A stretch of 64,000 nucleotides of DNA from Naegleria gruberi (lineage: Eukaryota): NCBI GenBank assembly GCA_000004985.1, contig GG738858.1; one strand, written 5' to 3'. Positions 57,515 through 64,000 of the stretch are shown here, piece after piece; position 1 is the stretch's first letter, and every line of letters starts with the position of its first letter. Made by a program: the position numbers and the translations under genes. The notes beneath the pieces were generated by a model. The model was not told the DNA's origin. It ran no database searches and was given only the letters and a program-made list of their open reading frames with translations.

Positions 57515-60500
57515 ATGAGCAATCATCAACAAATAACAACCACAACGACAACCAATTTTACTTTACCACCACTCCCACCTTCATTAATTCCAGCCAGATA
57601 TGAATTTAAAATCACTGGACAATTTCCATCACAATTCAACAATATTCAATCACAATGCTATCATCCATCACAACAAGTTTTAATATTGGGAGGAAGTAAT
57701 GGCAATTTATATTTTGTTGGTGGTGATGCTCATTATTATATTACGTTATCGGATGAATATTCAATTGAAAATATTCAAAATGATGAACAATTTCCGATCA
57801 TTTATTGTCTTTGTAAAAATCATCAAAATTCAAAATCAATTTTAATATCCTATGATTATTTAAAGAAGCAAATTGTCAATCAAGTACATTTTAATGATCA
57901 TCAAAATGTAACAAGTATCAAATATTACAAAGGTTATTTATTAATAACAACAATTGAATTTAAAAATAATATTTATTATCCATATGTAAAGTACATGTCA
58001 ACAAGTAATTTCAAATTTATTCAATCAATCTCGTTATTACATCCAATTTTCAACGCTCCTAATATTATACCACCTTCTAATTTATTAATTAATTGTGTTG
58101 AACCTCATCCGACATATGATCATGTCATTTCAGTTGGTTATTCGAATGGTGAAACTGTTATTTACTATATTTATCATGTGCAGAATACTAACAATAATTC
58201 AATTTCAACAAATCTTAATTGTATTGTTATTCCTTCACAATTTTCAGTAACCAGTTTGAATTGGCATGCTCCGAATATTATAATTTGTGGATATTCAAAT
58301 GGTTCATTTACTTTATACGAAATTAATCATCCTCAATTTACATTTTCTCTCTATTATGAAATGAATATGTTGAAGGGATGTACAAATTTCATAACTTCTT
58401 ACAATCAATTCATCATTTTTGGATTAGGATCAGATACTACAAATGCAGATTCTGGAATATATTATTTGAAAATGAATTATGAAGTAAGAAATATTGAATT
58501 TATTAGACATGTATGGTGTGATCAGAAAAGTATTGAAAATATTACATTGTTAAAATCAGTCTTTGATAATCCAAATTCAAACTCTTTAATGGCTAGTGTG
58601 ATTTATGGAGAAAATAGAAATGTGCTTGTTTTGGATTTATTTGAAAAGATGATTTATCCACAAAAAGAACTTCAATTATTCAATTTGGAAAAGTATTCTG
58701 TACCAACCCCATTCTACTCTACAAAAGATTTGATTTGTAATAATAAGGAATTTATTGTACTGAAAACTTCTGGGATGGATCTCTCAAATTTGGTATATAA
58801 CACTGTTCTTAATAATTTCAATCAAGAACAGTACAGAAGGAATATGCTTGAGTATTATTTAAGACCTGTCAATAGATGGAATATACTTGGCATGAAATAT
58901 ACTCAATACAGAGTCGATATTAATGTCGATAAAGATAATTACATTTTGGTAAAGCTTTCAGATCAAGCTTTAGGTAGTGCAGTCGAGCTGTATTTGTGCA
59001 ATCCATATTTTAACGATATCAGATATATTTATACTATTGGTAATCAAGCAAGTTACAAAACTATGTGCAAATGGAGCGATAGTGTAATTATTTTGGCATC
59101 TATGGATGGAAATTTAGATTTCTTGCATATTCCATCAGCAACTATTTTTACACATGACATTACTGAAAAATCTCCAACTGTAGACAACTCGACTAATATT
59201 TCAGAAGCTCAGGGAAACAACTTCCAAGGCATAATTGCACAAGTGGCCAAGTATAACTTTAACGTTTTAAAATATTCTAATGATAATCCAATTATCCAGC
59301 TAGTTCCTATTCAAGTAATTAATCAACTTTTAATTGCTTACCAAGATGGTACTATTAAGATAGTATCACTCTCTACAAGTGACATTTCATCTGATCAAAT
59401 TATTGAAAATGAGTTTGACAAACATTTTGGAAGTATTATTTTTGAACTCAATCCATCAGACATGAAGAGTTCACATCTCTTTGTAAAATCCATTTTACCA
59501 AAGAAAGATGTAGTTTCACATATTGAATGCTCGATATATAGAGGTAATCTCTATGCTTTCCTTGGTTTTGCCAGTGGGAAGGTAATGCTCATTCAACTGT
59601 ACGATCTAGACTATATGACCAGAAATTATCACAAACTGAGCAAATATATTCATGAGGCAAGATGGAAAGATTTAGCTGATCACATATGTCCATTCGTTAT
59701 TTATGAAAATTCAGCAAACAATTTTGGAAAAGTTATTGATATTTACACTGTTAATGACATTTATAATGAATATAATATTTCTAAAATGGTAGATGAAAAG
59801 TATTTACCACCAATGTTGAGAAGTGAATACGTACCTAATTCAATTATTAACTCTCCAAATGGACCAATTTGTTATACTATTCATAGCACTTCACTGACGA
59901 GTGTATTTGGAACTGTGAAAAATAATATGATTGCCTTCCCAATCAATAGCGCAAGTCCTCTTACCATTTTATTTCAACTCAAGAAAACTCTTCCAATATC
60001 TTTTAATTTTGTTTTGGATATTCTGGATATCAAGTTTGAAACTCTATCAAAGATTGAAGAAATGGCCAACTATAGAATTATTGTCAATGGTGTTCCATTT
60101 GAGTTTGATATCAACTCGAATCATAAACTGGTAGATACAAGGCAAGTGGCTGTTGTTGTAACAGGTGAAGAGTATCGTGTTTATGTCAGAAATGAAACCA
60201 AGTTTGAATGTATTGGATCTGCACCATCAGGTTACAATTGTGTTCAGGATCAGTACATTACAAAGATGAATTTCAAAGTACTTTCACATAGTATCCATGA
60301 CAAAGAGGCCGAGTTTTATGAAAACCAGTTCATGAATAGTAAGATGTACAATTTATGTGATGTGGATTATTTGTGTGAATATATTGATAGTGTGGAAATT
60401 TACAATAATTTATCATTCTCAGATCTTCAAAATTCTAGAATCAAACAACCAAACATTGTTGGATACATTTCCAAAGCGGGAATTCCTCCTCTTGGTCAAT

Positions 60501-61570
60501 CCCATGGCTACACTCGATCAAAATTCATCATGGTTGTCAAGGAAAAGGGTATTGAAGAATATGTTCTCTCAAAACCAATGATTAGTTTGAAAAAGTTCTC
60601 CATTAAGGAAGGAAGAAAGTATAATCATAACAATATAATATCATCTAGCTCGTTAGAATACGTTCGTTCTAATAATCAAAGTTTGATATTATTGGACAAT
60701 CAAAATAATTTAATGATGTTTAGCTTGAAACCTTCATCTTCACAATCTAAATCCATAGACAAGATTTTCACACAAAAAATATCAAACCTCCCAATATCAA
60801 GTCAACCATTCAAAATATCAACCTTTGACAGTGGAAGAGACCTCCTCATTTATAATAATGACCATGTCGTTTATGGAACTTTGTTTGATTCAAAAAGCCA
60901 TAAGAGTACAGATATTTTGGAACCTATTATCTACACTATAGATTATAAGCCACCAACTAAAGCAATTGGAGAATCAATTGTTGGATTTTTCAAGAGCTTT
61001 ACCAAGTCTACACCTTCAGATAAGGATGTCAATGAAACATTTTGGAAGATTTGTACACAACTTCAGAGAGAAGATCTCAATCTTGTCAAACAATTGGTTG
61101 TGAATAATATTGTTCCTTCTCAACCTTCTAACAATTCAGATTTTGATGATAATGAAAAGACCATTATTTCATCCTTCCTCTCAAAAGAATTGGAGCTCAA
61201 GAACAAACCAATTGTAAAGCCACTTCCTCAACCAACTACCACAAGTAGTGCAACAAATGCATCAACCAGTAGTTCAAGTAACTTGAATAATCTCTATACT
61301 AGAACCAATAGAGAATTATTGTTCGGAGATGATGAGAACGATGATAATATCAAAATTACATCATCCAATTCATCTATGAAACGATCTGAACTAAACAACA
61401 GAATTGAGGAAACTAAACTTCAAATGAGTGAGAATTTAAGAAAACTAAATGAAAGAGAGGAAAAATTGAGAGAAATTAATGAAAAAACCAGTGAAATGTC
61501 TGGAATGGCCTCTTCATTTGCAGCCAATGCACAAAAATTGAATCAGAGATCAGGATTTTTCGGTTTTTAA
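57515..61570 (+). CDS. Tomosyn/Lgl/Sro7-family protein: ~1250-aa WD40/beta-propeller region plus a C-terminal R-SNARE-like coiled coil; single exon
   Basis: C-terminus RSELNNRIEETKLQMSENLRKLNEREEKLREINEKTSEMSGMASSFAANAQKLNQR resembles the synaptobrevin/tomosyn R-SNARE motif. N-terminus has WD-like GxSNGxxxxY repeats. Confidence 0.65.
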   Translation: MSNHQQITTTTTTNFTLPPLPPSLIPARYEFKITGQFPSQFNNIQSQCYHPSQQVLILGGSNGNLYFVGGDAHYYITLSDEYSIENIQNDEQFPIIYCLCKNHQNSKSILISYDYLKKQIVNQVHFNDHQNVTSIKYYKGYLLITTIEFKNNIYYPYVKYMSTSNFKFIQSISLLHPIFNAPNIIPPSNLLINCVEPHPTYDHVISVGYSNGETVIYYIYHVQNTNNNSISTNLNCIVIPSQFSVTSLNWHAPNIIICGYSNGSFTLYEINHPQFTFSLYYEMNMLKGCTNFITSYNQFIIFGLGSDTTNADSGIYYLKMNYEVRNIEFIRHVWCDQKSIENITLLKSVFDNPNSNSLMASVIYGENRNVLVLDLFEKMIYPQKELQLFNLEKYSVPTPFYSTKDLICNNKEFIVLKTSGMDLSNLVYNTVLNNFNQEQYRRNMLEYYLRPVNRWNILGMKYTQYRVDINVDKDNYILVKLSDQALGSAVELYLCNPYFNDIRYIYTIGNQASYKTMCKWSDSVIILASMDGNLDFLHIPSATIFTHDITEKSPTVDNSTNISEAQGNNFQGIIAQVAKYNFNVLKYSNDNPIIQLVPIQVINQLLIAYQDGTIKIVSLSTSDISSDQIIENEFDKHFGSIIFELNPSDMKSSHLFVKSILPKKDVVSHIECSIYRGNLYAFLGFASGKVMLIQLYDLDYMTRNYHKLSKYIHEARWKDLADHICPFVIYENSANNFGKVIDIYTVNDIYNEYNISKMVDEKYLPPMLRSEYVPNSIINSPNGPICYTIHSTSLTSVFGTVKNNMIAFPINSASPLTILFQLKKTLPISFNFVLDILDIKFETLSKIEEMANYRIIVNGVPFEFDINSNHKLVDTRQVAVVVTGEEYRVYVRNETKFECIGSAPSGYNCVQDQYITKMNFKVLSHSIHDKEAEFYENQFMNSKMYNLCDVDYLCEYIDSVEIYNNLSFSDLQNSRIKQPNIVGYISKAGIPPLGQSHGYTRSKFIMVVKEKGIEEYVLSKPMISLKKFSIKEGRKYNHNNIISSSSLEYVRSNNQSLILLDNQNNLMMFSLKPSSSQSKSIDKIFTQKISNLPISSQPFKISTFDSGRDLLIYNNDHVVYGTLFDSKSHKSTDILEPIIYTIDYKPPTKAIGESIVGFFKSFTKSTPSDKDVNETFWKICTQLQREDLNLVKQLVVNNIVPSQPSNNSDFDDNEKTIISSFLSKELELKNKPIVKPLPQPTTTSSATNASTSSSSNLNNLYTRTNRELLFGDDENDDNIKITSSNSSMKRSELNNRIEETKLQMSENLRKLNEREEKLREINEKTSEMSGMASSFAANAQKLNQRSGFFGF

Positions 61571-62061
61571 TATTCGTGATATTTAGCAATATCCAAACTA
61601 GGTACATCCTTATTCGGATATAAAATTTTCTCAAATTTCAACAAACATTCCACAAAACCTTCATTTGGTTTAATCTTATTTCGATGTTCCTTCACATATT
61701 CATATGCAGTTTTACAATCCCATTCCTTACTTTTCATAAGATAGGCAATTACCATTGAGGCAGATCTAGAACATCCACTAGCACAATGAAAAAGAATACT
61801 CTTATCGGAATGATTTTCTCTAAATTGACTAACAAATTCAATCATCTTTTCAAAATATGGCATTAAATCAAAATGAGTATCATCATTTAATTCCATTTTC
61901 AAATATTTAATATTCCCATCTTGAAAATGATTGGGTATTTCTCTTGCACAATTAATAACACATCCAATATTTAATTCTTCAAATATTTTGAAATTTCTAG
62001 CATGAGCAAATGATCCCAAATATAATTCTTGTGGCAATATTGAACTAGGAAGTGATGACAT
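61567..62061 (-). CDS. Dual-specificity protein phosphatase (DUSP), 164 aa
   Basis: Active-site loop ILFHCASGCSRSASMVIAYLM (HCxxGxxRS); ATG at 62061. Confidence 0.8.
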   Translation of the reverse strand: MSSLPSSILPQELYLGSFAHARNFKIFEELNIGCVINCAREIPNHFQDGNIKYLKMELNDDTHFDLMPYFEKMIEFVSQFRENHSDKSILFHCASGCSRSASMVIAYLMKSKEWDCKTAYEYVKEHRNKIKPNEGFVECLLKFEKILYPNKDVPSLDIAKYHEY

Positions 62062-62338
62062 TTTTTTTTGAGTTTCTTGATGAACTTTTGAACTTGCTTG
62101 AAGATATTAATATTGTTGTAAAGCTATCATTTATTTAATTGAATTATGGATAGTTCCTCTGAAGAGAATTTGTCTAATAATAGTATTCTCAATAATTTAA
62201 TTTGAACAAAGGTCATTGAAACAAAGCAAGAAAATTAATTCCTTGTGGTGGAATTTTTTTTGGCGCCAAAATTTCAATATAAATACCACAAGGAATCTGA
62301 GCTGATTTTCAAACACAACAATTAGTAAATCAAAAAAA

Positions 62339-63032
62339 ATGCAAGCAAACAATCAAGTACCAACATTCAAGCTTCTCCTCGTTGGAGATGGTGGAACCGG
62401 AAAGACAACATTTGTTAAGAGACATTTGACTGGTGAATTTGAAAAACGTTACATTGCAACTGTTGGAGTTGAAGTTCGTCCATTAAGATTCAACACAACA
62501 AGAGGACCAATTTGTTTTGAGGTTTGGGATACTGCTGGTCAAGAAAAATTTGGTGTAAGTAATATTTAATACTTTACAAAATAGTTTACAAAAATATAAG
62601 GGATTGAGAGATGGTTATTATATTGGAGGAAAGTGTGCAATCATCATGTTTGATGTAACCTCAGTAGCCACCTATAAAAATGTTCCAACATGGCATCGTG
62701 ACATTGTCAGAGTGTGTGAAAACATTCCAATTGTCTTGTGTGGAAATAAGGTTGATGTTCAAGATAGAAAGGTTAAACCAAAATCAATCAAATATCACAG
62801 AACTAAACAATTGCAATATTATGATATCTCAGCAAAGAGCAATTACAATTATGAGAAACCATTCTTGTGGTTGGCAAGACAAATTGTTGGTGATCCAAAG
62901 TTGAGTTTAGTTGAAGAAATTCCAATTTGTCCAGTTGATATTGTAATTGATTTGGAAATGATTAAGAAATATGAAGAAGAATTGGCAAAATATAGTGCAA
63001 TTGCACTTCCAGATGATGATGAAGATTTGTAA
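62339..63032 (+). CDS. RAN: Ran GTPase; exons 62339..62554 and 62601..63032
   Basis: [36 protein letters not shown]...[10 protein letters not shown]|[21 protein letters not shown]...NKVD...C-terminal ALPDDDEDL acidic tail; GTAAGT donor, 46-nt intron, phase 0. Confidence 0.9.
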
Positions 63033-63285
63033 ATTTGAAATTCCAATTCATTGTTTTATTGTAAATAAATCATTTTTCCAAGGAATTGCATTGTTGAAGT
63101 TTGTTAATCTTGGAAGGAATATGATGAGAGCTTTTTCATTGTAAGTTTCAAACTTTCAAGTCTCGGATGTATCAATTAGTTAGTGCTATCTTGGACGCAC
63201 AAATTATTTTTTAAAACACTTTAAAAGTTTGATGAGTGGACATGATCAAAATTTCAAAACAAAATCAAAAAAAAAATACTAGAAA

Positions 63286-64000
63286 ATGTCTTCTGTTTTT
63301 AATACTTTCTTCATTGTTGGTGCTTCTCGTGGCATTGGTTTGGAATTGGTCAAACAATTATTACAAAGTAATCCAAATAGAATTGTTCACGCAACAACTA
63401 GATCTCACTCTGATAGTTTGGCTCAATTACAACAAGAAGTCACCACTCAACGTTTGATTATTCATGAAAACTTGGATGTTAACAATGATGAGTCAACTGA
63501 AGCACTCGTTCAAAAACTCTTGAATCAAAATGTTAAGATTGATGTCTTGATTAATAATGCAGGTATTATTGGAAAAGATTCAATTGGTAGTGTTTCCAGA
63601 CAAGAACTTTCCAACATGTTACAAACTAATACCTTCTCTCCAATTATTGTTTCACAAAAATTTTACAATAATCAACTCATCAACCAAAATGGTTTGATTG
63701 TTAACATTTCAAGTATTATTGGTTCAATTGAGCTTGGTATTGGTCATGTTTTTAATTCTGCTTCTTATGCAATTTCTAAGGCAGCCCTTAATATGGTTTC
63801 TAAACTTCAAAGTTTGGCATTTGCTGAAGGAAAAGTCAATGCAATTTCACTACATCCCGGATGGTTGCAAACCCAGCTTGGGGGCCAAAATGCTCCACTC
63901 TCTGTTGATGTTGGTGTTTCAGGAATTGTTAAGGTCATTGATAATTTCAATCAAGAACAAAATGGTACCTTCCTTCAATATGATGGAACTCCAGTTAAAT
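63286..64000 (+). CDS. Short-chain dehydrogenase/reductase (C-factor/CsgA-like SDR), 5' partial; continues beyond the window end
   Basis: FIVGASRGIGLELVKQL (TGxxxGIG), NNAG, catalytic SxnYAISKAALN. It is not in the ORF track because no stop codon lies inside the window. Confidence 0.7.
   Translation, partial: MSSVFNTFFIVGASRGIGLELVKQLLQSNPNRIVHATTRSHSDSLAQLQQEVTTQRLIIHENLDVNNDESTEALVQKLLNQNVKIDVLINNAGIIGKDSIGSVSRQELSNMLQTNTFSPIIVSQKFYNNQLINQNGLIVNISSIIGSIELGIGHVFNSASYAISKAALNMVSKLQSLAFAEGKVNAISLHPGWLQTQLGGQNAPLSVDVGVSGIVKVIDNFNQEQNGTFLQYDGTPVK

Overview
This is a gene-dense, AT-rich (about 33% GC by eye) nuclear segment from an intron-containing unicellular eukaryote. Standard TAA/TAG/TGA stops are used, spliceosomal introns are short (40-150 nt, GTAAGT-type donors, sometimes TACTAAC-like branch sites), there is a nuclear-type tRNA-Gly, and poly-N/Q low-complexity proteins are frequent. 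No prokaryotic or CRISPR features are present.

Some ORFs in the supplied track begin at TTG/GTG/CTG printed as 'M', so real starts and exon boundaries were re-derived by hand from splice signals and family homology. All multi-exon coordinates are manual and approximate to a few nucleotides.

About 38 protein-coding genes are recognisable:
- an SDR epimerase
- PRMT6
- an RWP-RK poly-N/Q factor
- BUD13
- ALG9
- a CFAP97-domain protein
- two RGS-like proteins
- a C2+LamG protein
- a Rho GTPase
- an F-box/LRR protein
- a sensor-coupled class-III cyclase
- a DUF4116-repeat protein
- SAP30-like
- DHX15/Prp43
- an EEP-fold enzyme
- an S58/DmpA peptidase
- CSN3
- a CDKL kinase
- ABHD17
- an RluA pseudouridine synthase
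- CIA30
- XRCC1
- a membrane-anchored dihydroorotase-like amidohydrolase
- a bacterial-type C39-like peptidase
- a tomosyn/Lgl-like protein
- a DUSP
- Ran
- a partial SDR

The most interesting signals are two small TA-flanked terminal-inverted-repeat elements (MITE-like). One, 452 bp long, sits inside the coding sequence of a transmembrane RGS gene. It carries a GTAAGT donor in its TIR, and the reading frame is restored exactly on footprint-free excision, so it is an introner-like candidate. The other is a 239-bp element whose TATA-like TIRs lie 8 bp upstream of the cyclase gene's start codon.

Other points of note are several bacterial-type genes (the C39-like peptidase with a spliceosomal intron, the DmpA/S58 peptidase, the type-I DHOase-like enzyme) and a 10-nt micro-exon in the Rho gene. 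Convergent genes are packed very tightly: the tomosyn/DUSP stop codons overlap, and the BUD13/ALG9 stops are 1 nt apart.

Exact taxon is undetermined. The CFAP97, CDKL, XRCC1 and RWP-RK content suggests a flagellated protist or early-diverging lineage rather than a typical dikaryan fungus.
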